Shown here: positions 1 through 10,977 of the stretch, piece after piece | How positions within the stretch are numbered: position 1 is the first letter of the stretch | How the letters are laid out: each line of letters begins with the position of its first letter | Assembly (NCBI RefSeq): GCF_000143415.4 | Contig: NW_003314305.1 | Span: 309,709 to 373,708, forward strand | DNA: 64,000 nt | Source: Selaginella moellendorffii | Taxonomy: Eukaryota > Plantae > Lycopodiophyta | Direction of reading: 5' to 3' | The notes under the pieces: generated by a model | Databases searched by the model: none | What the model was told of the DNA's origin: nothing | What the model saw: the letters and a program-made list of their open reading frames with translations, nothing else | Program-made: the position numbers and the translations under genes

Positions 1-1700
1 CACCCCCCAGGGCGGACCCCTTGGGTTCCAAACATGATCATGGGCTTGAATCAAAATGGGAAGGACCGTCAAATTGGGCTACTGCATAGAGACTAGTATC
101 CAGAAAAGTTCAAGATTGCATATGTATGTTATGGGATGATGGATCGCAACCAAGTGAACCTAGGGAAGGAATTGAAATATACTTAAGTATTATGGTAGAT
201 TATATTGACATCTTCTTATCTCCAATTATGAGTTTAAAAGGTTATATCAAAGTTACTGCAAAAATATCTTTCTTCTTCAAGTTTGCTTTGCTTATACTTG
301 GAGATTAATTTCAATTATTTTTTATGTATAGGCTGTGGCAACTTTGGATATTGCAAGACAAGGCTTATTATCTGAAAGACAACTTCATTTCAAATGAGAC
401 TTTTTTGGATATTCAAATTAGTTGTTACTACAACATTCTTTTTATCAAATTATTTAAAGATAAGTGTTGAGAACACCCCATTCCTCTAAATGAGATAAGA
501 TCAAACTGTTGTGAGTCATTTTTCAGCAAAATTAGTGGTATGGTGAGAAATAAGCGAACTTATGACTCATTTGATTTGCTGGATAATGTTGGTTCCATAA
601 ACTGAATTGCTAAAATGAAGGCTACATCAATTTTAAAGTTTCTAGCTTCACATAAGAAATAAGAATCTATATGGGAAAGACTTTAAAAGAAACAAGGAGG
701 AACAGTTGCATTGAAGCTGACTAATTATACAAGTATATCTTTGTTAAATATTCTTTAATCTTACTCTCTTTCTTAGGTATAAAAATAGATTTGAAAATTA
801 TACAAACTCATCAAGCTAGTTTGCTTGAGGCAAAAAGTTTACTCTATTCTTTAGGTATATATTTACCAAATTCCAAGTGGAATGAACTTTGGAAATATAA
901 GAAGTTTTTTCATGAAAAGGTAGTAGAAGCACTAGAAGCTGTGAATGGAACAAGTGATAAGAAAGATGTTCCAACAGAGGTGGAAAGCAGTATCACTTAT
1001 GATGATGAAGAGCTAGTAGCATCATTAAAACTACATCATACTTTTGATAATATGATTGATGAAAAAGAAGCACTACCTCAACCACAAATGCAACAACACA
1101 AAAAGTTCAAGCCATTTATGGAAGTTAACTCCAAAAAAATTGCTAAAAGCACTCTTGTTGCACATTTAAATGAGAGTTCTTTTTTATTCAAGGACAGATT
1201 GGCATGAGTAAAAATAAGAGTTTATGATACAAGATCAAAATCGCAAGCTAAAACAATAACAAGTCTTGGATATGGAGCAGATATAGCTATTCTTTTTGAG
1301 TCAATGTAGTATATTAGCTAGGTGCAGAAAATGGCAAAGAAGGTAGGAAATAGTTGGCAAAAGACATCAGAAATCATTGACTTGGGTGACATACCATTCT
1401 ACTAAGTTAAATTGAATCTTTACCAGTACAAAAGAAAGAAGGATTCTCAAGTATGGACTCATGATTAGGGGGATCACAAATCAATCACTTTGAAATTAAT
1501 TATCAGCTTGATTAATATGACCTTTCAACCATTAACCAAGACTTACTTGTTGGATCAAGGTGATGAAGAAAAAGTAAAAGAATTTGTCCTAAACTTTAGT
1601 AATAAGCATACAACACAACCAGTCACTAAAAATGGTAAATATATTTATATAAATTCTAAAATATTTAAATATTTTATTTTATAGTGTTTTCAATTATAGT
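1..1700 (+). mobile_element. Degenerate DNA-transposase relic, P-element/THAP9-like C-terminal region
   Basis: Stop-interrupted frames read ...IYLSIMVDYIDIFLSP...RLWQLW..NFISNETFLDIQISC...RSNCCESFFSKISG..NKRTYD. This resembles the 'D.xE.FFS' catalytic region of P-like transposases. AT-rich, several stops, boundaries uncertain. Confidence 0.45.
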
Positions 1701-1879
1701 ACCACAATGTAAAAGGTCACAATTGGTAAGGTGTTCAAAGTATAAAAATTAGTAATAATGCTTAGATCTGTTTTTTTTATACCATATATAGATATATATA
1801 AGGGTTAATATTTACTTATTTTTTAGATATACTTGAGTTTTTTTTAATGCAGCCATATCCAGAGATTTATTCTAGGTGG

Positions 1880-3577
1880 CCATCCTAAGGTTCAAGTGCC
1901 TTATTCTTATGATTTCCTAGAGGATATGCAAGACAAGTTTGAGTTGGCAAAGCTAAACATGAGGCAAGTTTAAGATCAAGACAAAAAATTAGCTAATGAA
2001 CATTGTCATTATTGAGTACAAAGTTGGTAATAAGGTTTTTCTTAAATTTTCAGATGCACAATGGTCTTTTAAAGGAGGTGATAGTACTAAGTTGTCTTCA
2101 CAGTATTGTGGGCCTTAGACAATTTTATAGCATGTGAGGGATCTTATTTACACTTTTGTAGCGCATGTGATCATGGGATGAGATTTGGATATACTGTCAC
2201 CGTGGATCCTTGGAACCTTGGGGGATAAATGGGAATAAAATAGCCACTAAGGGCTCTCTCATCAAGCAATTGCCTCTTTTCCAGTTGGCTTAAGGGGAGA
2301 GAGATAAGGTGCGTTACAGTTGGTATCGGAGCAAATGGCACGGGTTCGATTCCCATTGATTAGTGGCTACTTAAAATATAATATACCCTTGAGCAAGGTA
2401 TATTCCTACCCCTAAAATTTGAAAAATCGTACGTATTGGGCATCCATGCGTACGTCCTTCCTCTTGTGTGGAGTATCACAGACGAAGGTATCCACCATGG
2501 GATTGCGGTACAGGTGGATGACTAGTTGCCTCACATGGAATAGCTGGTCTACACAATGGAAGGATTGGTAGATTGAGTGCGGAAATGGAGGTGCTGGTTC
2601 CCCTTGGCTCAGTAGGGGTTGTTAGTCAATAGTCAATGAGGACATTGACATTTCTAAAGGGGGGGTGAGGGATAAATGGGGATAAGATAGCCACTAAGGG
2701 CTCTCTCATCAAGCAATTGCCCCTTTTCCAGGGGGGGTGAGGGATAAATGGGGATAAAATAGCCACTAAGGGCTCTCTCATCAAGCAATTGCTCCTTTTC
2801 CAGTTGGCTTAAGGGGAGAGAGATAAGGTGCGCTACAACTTTGGACTTGCTAGCTAATTCAAAAATTCATTCAATATTTCATGTAAGCAAGCTTAAAGTG
2901 TGTTTGCACTCTGGTGATGTCATAGATCATTCTATCATCCAAGTCCTAGAGATTGATGCTAAAAAGGCTGGTCTAATAAATATTCTCCCTCAAAGATTGA
3001 TGAAAACATGCTAGAAGACAACTAGAGAGTTGTTAGGTCAATGGAATGGTTATTCTATACACGAAATTATATAGGAAATTGAGGATAACATGCAAAAAGT
3101 GTTTCTAAGTTTTGATTATAACTTGGATGACATTCTTAAGAAAGGGGAGAATTGAGTTCTATAGCCATATTATGATATGATTTGAGTTGTTTAATTTATT
3201 ATCATTTTCATTTCCATGACCATAATGTTATGCGAGAAAATTGTATTGCTTTATTTCTTTTGTAGCCATTTATTGCAATGTTAGTGTTGCAATTTGCACG
3301 TCTTTTCTCTATGGTAGTACTGTCTTGGACTCCCTTTATATAAAGCTTGTTTAACTTGAGGTTGCCATCTATGGTTGTGTCATGAGGGAAGGGAGAATGA
3401 CACAAACTATATGAATATTCTAAGAATATTCTATGGCTTGTGGGATTTAAGGGGAAGTTGGCATATTGTTTGTTTCAAATAGTAAACAATTGAGGATTTC
3501 ATTGTTTTACTAGTATAGAAAGTTTGTCATGTGAGAGACTTTAAGCTTGGATCCAATCTTTATACCATTGCATAACA
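1880..3577 (+). mobile_element. Ty3/gypsy (chromovirus-like) relic: integrase C-terminus, chromodomain, PPT and probable 3' LTR
   Basis: Degenerate LAKLNMRQ..YKVGNKVFL..YCGP..YTLDL.ANSKIHSIFHVSKLK (split by the TRIM) and a QWNG..EDN chromodomain-like segment. Purine tract AAGAAAGGGGAGAA at about 3138-3151 is followed by TG...CA. Confidence 0.65.
2157..2837 (+). mobile_element. TRIM-like miniature LTR retroelement nested in the gypsy integrase
   Basis: Ends TGTAGCGCA...TGCGCTACA, with 5-bp TSD ACTTT (2152-2156 and 2838-2842). 5' LTR about 2157-2318, PBS TGGTATCGGAGC 2321-2332, PPT AAAGGGGGGG 2656-2665. The 3' LTR has an internal ~70-bp duplication. No coding capacity. Confidence 0.85.
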
Positions 3578-4387
3578 CAAGTCTCATGCAAACATATACT
3601 TGCTTACATGAATAGTCTCTAAGGGGAAGGCATTTGCGGCTGCTCCAGTTGAGGTGAGTTCACATTATGCCCCTTTAACACTAGTAATTGTTACTTTGGA
3701 GTTTGTTTCTTGGCACTTGTCTCAATCTTGGCATCCTTTAGCAAGGTAGTTACTCAAGATCTCGTTTTTGGGTGTTTTTTTAAGTCTTTTCACCTTGAGC
3801 TTTTATGTCCTTGTCGTTAATGGTTCCCTTCAGAGTTTTCTTGCCCTTGTATATAAAAGTTGGTTTGGCCTTGTACAAGGGTAGTGTTGTCTCATTTGAT
3901 GCTTTTTGTCTCTTTGCTAGTGATGTAAGTGCTACTAGCAACTCTCTTCTTTCATTTTCTTCCTCACTTTCTTATGTTTTGAGTGTCTTAGTGTTGGTGG
4001 CATCACTTGATCTTTTATTGCCATTATTTGTTACTGTTTCTTTGATTTAGAGCGGGATGGTAATATCAAGCTTTAGGGTGAGTGTTGTGATGTAAGGAAG
4101 CAGAAGTGTTTCACATTTGAGGTTGTCTTGGAGTATAGTCATTGTCAAGTGGTTTTATTTTATAAGCTTGTTGTAATAGTAGCTCGCAATGTTAACTTTT
4201 GTTTTCTGCTACAAGTCATTATGGAGAATTCTGATTACTTTACCAGCAAAAGTATCAACTTGCACATCTTTAGTGTAGAGATCAAAAACCTTTGCTACAG
4301 TTTTGCTTCATCAATCATATTACTCATTTGTAGAGAGTTGCTGCTATTGTAATTCTGAAGAACTTTGAGCATTCCCTTTATGTCTAT

Positions 4388-4487
4388 NNNNNNNNNNNNN
4401 NNNNNNNNNNNNNNNNNNNNNNNNNNNNNNNNNNNNNNNNNNNNNNNNNNNNNNNNNNNNNNNNNNNNNNNNNNNNNNNNNNNNNNN
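4388..4487. other. Assembly gap (100 N)
   Basis: Run of N. Confidence 1.
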
Positions 4488-4499
4488 TATAAAATAGTA

Positions 4500-6800
4500 T
4501 AAGGCTCAAGATAAAACTATATAGCGTTACAAAAACATTTGAAACTTAATTGCATGTGGCAAGGTGAATAACTTTTATCTACTGTGAGGAACTGGCTCTA
4601 AAGTATAAAATCAAACCTAAATCACTCTTGAATATCTAGTGGTTTAGTTGTTGGCAAACACAAAAAGTGAAATGATCGCTTAAAGCCATAATCTAAGTTG
4701 TATTTCCAACTATTAGCATGCCGAAATAGTCAAGTTAAAACTTGGTTCTTTGACTTAGAAAGTTGAGAGTAATAGTGGAACTCCCAATGAAGTGCTTAAG
4801 GAATAAGCTCAAAGCAATCAATAAATGAATCTCTAGACATATCTCAAATTTCAAAGCATTTAGTGGTTTAAAGCCAATAAATGAGCATTCTATCCTCATC
4901 CTGATGAATGCACTCATTCAAGTGAAGCATATTATAAAGGAGGTGATATCATCCTCAAGATGATAAACTTCCATTAGCTTCGTCGTTATTTATGCTTACT
5001 TGAGCTTTTGCTAAATATGTTGTTGGAAGAGAGATGGCTTGTTAGCAAAGCTTATAAGTTAATTCAATGTTTGTGAAGCTAGTTGGAGAAACTGTCAAAA
5101 ATCCAAGCTTACCTTCATCAACTTTAAGTCCTCAACTAACGATTATAATTAGTATTGCAGCAAAGCATAAGACAACTCTATCTATGGGATTGTACATCTT
5201 CCACACCAAGTTGTCAAGAGAGATTGTGGCTCTAGCTTTATTATTACCTCCAAAGAAACTATAGTTATTAACACCTCATCTTTGTACACTACATTTATTT
5301 GTTTTATTAGGATTGGTTGAGTAGTCACTTCCTTTTCTAGAGCTTGTTTGCTCATTATCACAACATAAAAAACATTTGAAAAAGTCATTACATCCACTTA
5401 ACTATCCAAGGGGGCTTAAGAATTGTGATCTACCATCATAAACTCCATAGCATCCCGAAATTCACTAGAGATCATTCTCATCTTAACTTTGGTAGCCATT
5501 GATAGAACTAACCCTTATCATATAATTCTAACCCTATTGTCTAGTTAAACCTTCTCCAACATCCAAAAGCTAAAGAAAGTTTTTTAAACCATAATTGTTA
5601 TCCTTCAACAACATCATTGCCTAGTCAATATATTTGTCTAAGAAATTCCTAAGAGTGAAAAAGAAGCTAACCAAGTTGATATTATTGACAATGCTTTTCT
5701 CCTTGATGTCTTGTAAAGCTTGCAGCTACTGTGAAAATAATGCACCACTATCTAATAAGTCGACTAAGCAAACATCTTCTAACAATAACATTTATTGGAA
5801 AATTTGTTGTTATGGATCTAGAACCAACTATTGAAACTATCCAGAACATGCTAGATAGTCCCTCTTAAACCAACATTAATCCCTCTTATATCCAAATGCC
5901 TATAAAAGTTATTTTGTCTTTTCAGTTGAAGCATTACTATTTCTTGCTAGTACAAGCTTTGTAAAGGAGCATTGTTGTATTTCTAACCATGGTCCTTTTG
6001 CTATATAACTCTTTCCTATCATTGAGATTTAGGATTTTCTTGAGAGAAGTAGTTGTTGTTAAGATGTATTTATTGCTAGCTAGGATTCTTTAGCTAATCC
6101 AACCTCTTATTGATTTTTATGGACTTTAGGAAAGTGCCTAACACATTTGTAAGGAGTTGAATGAATAGATATTTAATCTCTAACTAGTAGTAATGGTTGT
6201 GATTGTGTAATGTGGTAATTCTCCTCATATGTCATTGCTCTTTATTCCAACAACCTTTTATGTTTAGCTTGCATCACTTGCTCTATAATTTGATTTATGG
6301 TATCTAGACCATTCTCTCAAACTTTTTTCCCAAGTGCCGAATTTAAGAGAATTAATATTAATGACTCAAGCATTAGTGCAATTAACACTTGACAACTCAC
6401 ACTTGCAAAGATACTCCTTGAAGTAATTATTATATTTATAGATGGGTTCCTTAGTTTGCATCTTATATGCACCTAACTATACCATCATATAGTCTTATGT
6501 GAAAATTGGCTCAAAATGCTCTAAAACCAAATCTCTAAAACTATGAAACTCCATTGCTCTATTGTCAATAACAAATCCACCTAACATTTGATCTTTGCAT
6601 TGTGATAAAGAAATATTATACCTATAACAAAGGATTTGTAAAATTGAGCATTTGGAGGTGAACTTGGGCATCTTTTTAGCCAAAATTGTAGCACTATATG
6701 AATTAATCACCATACTAAACATCTTTTGCACTTGTTCTAGTTTTAACTCCTCAAAAATCATATGCTTTAGTATTGAATCATCAGGTGGCAAAAGATTTAG
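4500..6800 (-). mobile_element. Highly degenerate LTR-retrotransposon gag-protease-pol relic
   Basis: Minus strand encodes the aspartic-protease motif DLLDSGALF at about 5735-5761 and gag-like FRDLVLEHFEP in ORF 6495-6791. Many stops. Confidence 0.55.
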
Positions 6801-6896
6801 GTGACAAAAGATGTAATGAAACTCTTTTGTCTGAGTGTGCTTTAATATTTTGAGCCAAATAAAAAACTAAAATCCAAAATCCAAAACAATGACATT

Positions 6897-7280
6897 ATGG
6901 GAATGGACGTGCAAGAAGATGTGGAAGTGGACGTGATTCTTCGTCGCAGTGAGCCATACAGCCTGGAGCAGCAGCCACACAAGCGTGTGCAAGACTACAT
7001 CACCAAGCTTCAGTGCAAAGTGGTGAAGATTCGACTGCTGGACCCAGAAGCTGCTGTGACAGATCAAGAGTTTAATGCAGTTCTGTTCAAGGGGTTTGCA
7101 ACTCGTGCTATGAAGTCTCATCTTCATTATATCAAGAAGATTCCCGACATTACACAGCAGCAGATTTTTGTTGAGCTCGTCCAGCACGAGAAAACCGTTA
7201 TAGGTGAAGGCAATGCTACTGAGCAGGACGGGATTGCCATGGTGACTCCAAGCACAAGCAGGGCGCTCCTCTGTCTTTAA
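6897..7280 (+). mobile_element. Copia-type gag (UBN2-like) fragment
   Basis: YSLEQ...VQDYITKLQ.KVVKIR......DQEFNAVLFKG resembles the copia gag core. No pol nearby. Confidence 0.45.
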
Positions 7281-7979
7281 TCGACTTGGAAATAAGCATA
7301 CAGCCACCTGGCTTGAGTCGCATTCCTTCTTAGTTTTCTTTCCCATCCTATGTGAGATCCATCCCAGGGGATTGTTTGGGGAGTGTTCTCATTCTCTATA
7401 GAGCGCTAGGCCGTGAGGCCTGGCTTCTCTCATCAGCGAAGCTGCAAGAGGAGCACGACGATTCAGCTCACGGGAGAGAGCTTTCGCAGCAGCCCCCTCG
7501 TCAAGATCACCCGGCCACAAAACAGGCCTTTAACGTCCCACTTGAGAGGAAGCAGCGGGCAGAATCCCAGCGCATCCAGCTGCAGCAGCCTACCGTCCCG
7601 CGCTTGCTCCCAACCGATCAGCGCATTCAGGTTGCCAGAGTCTCCTGCGCTTGGCTGCGCGCCCACACAGAAGAGGGAAAAGCGGCAGTCAAAACTCGCC
7701 CTGCTCGCTCCGCCAGAACTTGCCGTTCTCAACTGGGAGTCCCGCATGTTCACAGCCGTGGGATCTTCCAGGTGAGATCCGCCAGATCTCAGCCGTCCAT
7801 AGGAGTACAGATCGACGGCGGGAACCATGCACAGAGTCTTGGCAAAGATTTCACTTATTTTGGACGGCCCGGATCTCACGATCGGACGGCCCAGGAGGCC
7901 CGGTGGAGCGTTTTATTATATGAATTATCACATTTTATAGAAAACGTGGTACCTATATATTAAGAGTAGAATATGAGTT

Positions 7980-8516
7980 TCATGGCTTGAAGCATTCCCA
8001 GAGCCTCAGCAGATGAGCTTCGTAGACTGCAATGTTCCCACCAGGTTCAGATCCAACTGAGCTTGTTAATGCGTAGCCCTGAACGTTCCTGAACTCTCCT
8101 GTGCCCCCAACAATAGCGATTTCCCTTTGAGACTCAGTGAATGGGTTCTGACCATGGAACACTATTGTACCTTTCCGCCCTTCCAGCTCCACCGTCATGC
8201 TCTGGAGAAAGCTGCTGCTGCTCAGTGAATCTAACACCAGAAAACCCTTGGCTCTTCCCACAAGCTTGGAGTTGATCGGGGACTCTTTAGTCAGCTTGTC
8301 ATCTATGATCGCAACCTGACCAAACAACGTTTCGTTGTTGAGAGGAGGCAGGACGACTGCTGAAGTCCGATTGCTCCCGGTGAACTGGTCGTGCAAGTAG
8401 AACCGGATCACCTCGGTGCACTTTGATAGATCCAATCTTCCCGGCTTTGGGAAGCTCGATTCTGCAGGAGCAATTGCAAAAACCAGAGCTAGAACGAGTG
8501 AAATGAAGATCTTCAT
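7980..8516 (-). CDS. Dirigent (DIR) protein, secreted, single exon
   Basis: Signal peptide MKIFISLVLALVFAIAPAES. Dirigent motifs FYLHD, FGQVAIIDDKLT, VGRAKG, REIAIVGGTGEFRNVQGYA. Confidence 0.95.
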   Translation of the reverse strand: MKIFISLVLALVFAIAPAESSFPKPGRLDLSKCTEVIRFYLHDQFTGSNRTSAVVLPPLNNETLFGQVAIIDDKLTKESPINSKLVGRAKGFLVLDSLSSSSFLQSMTVELEGRKGTIVFHGQNPFTESQREIAIVGGTGEFRNVQGYALTSSVGSEPGGNIAVYEAHLLRLWECFKP

Positions 8517-8749
8517 TGCAGAGCTGTGTGTCCACTACTGCAGCACTAGAACTCGATTTATGTGTTTGAAGAACCTCGGCAACTTGGTGTTTTATAAGTC
8601 CACGTTCGAACATCAATCGGGCAAGGTATATGGTAGAATATGCACTTAATAAACCACCACAATAGCATGTTCTACCACGGCAGGATATACTGTATACATG
8701 GTGGAATAAGGCACCATGGGGAGGACCATTCCCAACGGAAGAATATACC

Positions 8750-9830
8750 TAGAACATGTCAAGCTTCGGCTCCAAGATTGCTTCCAACGCAGCAGCAGGA
8801 GAATTTCACTGGAGCTTTGATCGAAGCGAGAGCACAGGCTCCTGTGCGCAAGAACTGGAGGCAACAAAATGATGAAAATATGCCTCCCTTGGCTTCTTCT
8901 TTTTCTTGTTCCTCTTCTTCTTCCTTGTCCAGGTGCAGTAGCAGCAAGTGTTGCAGCCCTATGCGGGTGCCTTTGGCAAAATGTAGGTTGAATGAGGTGC
9001 AGGAAGGTCAAGATCGTCGTCTCAGGTGCAAGCTCGATTGGGACCGTCTGCCGCTTGAGACAGACACAGGAGTGAAGGTAAGGATGTGTTCTCTGTTTTT
9101 CTGTTGATGTTATTCTATCTTTTTTCTTTAGGTTGTACTGAGAGTAAGGCCATTGATCAGCGAAGAGCAGGAAGAAGCAGCAGCCAGAAGCAGCAGCCAG
9201 AAGCTTGTTTGTAGTATCCTCAAATTCTGTTACGCTGGAGCATCAGCAATTCACGTGCGATGGAGTTGCTGGGGAAAACTCAACACAGGCAAGCAAGCAC
9301 ATTTAGCGAGTTGTATGACCATTAACCATGGCTCTATAGCAACATGTTTTCGACATGGTAGGCTCGCCTATGGTGGCGCACTGTCTGGATGGCTTTAATT
9401 GCTCTATGTTCGCCTTCGGTCAGGTATTTCAGACTCGCAACCTGGATCATAAAATATGAGCATTTTCATCTCTTGCAGACGGGAAGCGGGAAACCTTACA
9501 CAATGTGGGGAAGCATTCCTAAATCAGGTTCCCTGAGTGATGAGGCTGGGCTTGCACCCAGATTCTTCAAGGCGCTCTTCCTGCGGATTGAACAAGTAAA
9601 GACTGTCGACCATAACTACTTGTAGCAATTAAAATTGACGTACTTCCACAGAAACAACGCACCTCCAGCCGGCAGGAAGTGCAATATCAATGCAGATTTA
9701 CAACGAACAAATCAGGGATCTAGTAGAACCGGCAACCAAGAACCTTCAGGTAGTTTCTAATTTTTTTGAAGAATTAAGTCATGTTATGAACAGATTAGAT
9801 AAACTGGCAGTGGCCCTCCTGGTGCACTCG
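8750..9830 (+). pseudogene. Truncated kinesin-12 (PAKRP/KIN12-like) motor-domain fragment
   Basis: Spliced pieces DTGVKV|VLRVRPL, CLDGFNCSMFAFGQ|TGSGKPYTMWG, GLAPRFF, QIYNEQIRDL..NLQ. The P-loop Thr is replaced by Pro, the frame breaks afterwards, and the rest of the motor is absent. Confidence 0.75.
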
Positions 9831-10322
9831 CCGAGTGATTTAATTGCGCGGATCAGGTCTCAGAAATTTTGAGTGACTGAGAGTGTGGGTATTTCAGAAC
9901 TAGAAGAGTCACTGAAATGCTATAGCAAGAATTATCGGTGGTTCGCATTCGATGGTGGTTTCTTCGCCCTAGGACTCTTAATACATAATAATTAAATAAA
10001 GCATATTCATTTTTTAATGGTCTAGGGTTCTGAGTTTATGAAATAGTAAAATATGAGTTTCATGGCTTGAAGCAACAAACAACGCTGTAGAGCAGCGGTA
10101 GTTGATAGATATGGCCGTTGAGGATATAGTCTTTTACTTGTGGAGGACAAAGAGAATGGCCTACTCCAGTCATCTTCCTGCCACAGCACAAAACGAAGAG
10201 AAATTTCTTGCGAAGAAGGAAGAAAAAGGAGCTTGATTCTTACGAGAGCTGGGTCATGTCGAGGGGATAGACGGAGCGCATTTCATTGGAGCAAGAGCAA
10301 GAGGACAAGCTCTGATAGTGGC

Positions 10323-10502
10323 TCCCTGCAACGATTCCAGACGTGGACAGGGGATGTACTTGCTAAAGGTGGTCTCGAGTTGGAGTATTTCGTCGCAAAC
10401 ACGCTAATCTCAAGAAATGCCAAGTAGGAGACGAGCAAATGAAAGTCAGGCCTCGACTCCACCAAGTACATTCCCTGTCCACGTCTGGAATCGTTGCAGG
10501 GA
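10323..10502. repeat. 40-bp inverted repeat / hairpin (candidate small-RNA precursor)
   Basis: 10323-10362 is the reverse complement of 10463-10502 at 39/40 positions. The mismatch is a G:U pair on the + strand RNA. Confidence 0.8.
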
Positions 10503-10977
10503 CTATAAGGGTTCATAGTCTTCGAAAACCAACTAGGCAGCAAAAAGGGATTCGTTTTCACGTGTTAGAATCGGCCGTGGAAGCTCAATCGTCTCGTGCG
10601 GGAGCAGCAGCCGGTTTACAACCGAGCGAGTCCTCAAACCATAAGAGGCGTTCCTCCTCCCGCAATGGTGTAGTCAAAGGAGTTCCATTTGAGCTGGTTC
10701 GCTCTTCGGCGTGAGGACAAACCTCGATTCTGGACTGATTGCTGGATAACAAGAAAACAATTGAGCTACAACTCAAAAAAAAAAAAAATTGATTTAAATC
10801 TGTTGACAACGCTCAAAAAGATGAAATCTAGCCAGAAAAATTCCTTGCCACTCCTTTACCTGAGATTTTTCTTGCTGTCGAGTTCTTACAGGGTTTTTTA
10901 TTTCAAGGTTTGGGTGAGCCGCCAGATATCCTGCTCCTCATCTCTAACCAAACTGTGATAAACTTTCGCTTTCATCG

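Noticed and set aside
2310-2360. tRNA gene
   Set aside because: Has D-loop-like and T-arm sequences but no anticodon arm or acceptor stem. It is the PBS region of a TRIM.
8675-8712. HGRIYCIHGGI resembling the PPP phosphatase 'CxHGG' motif
   Set aside because: Isolated short match with no other phosphatase motifs.
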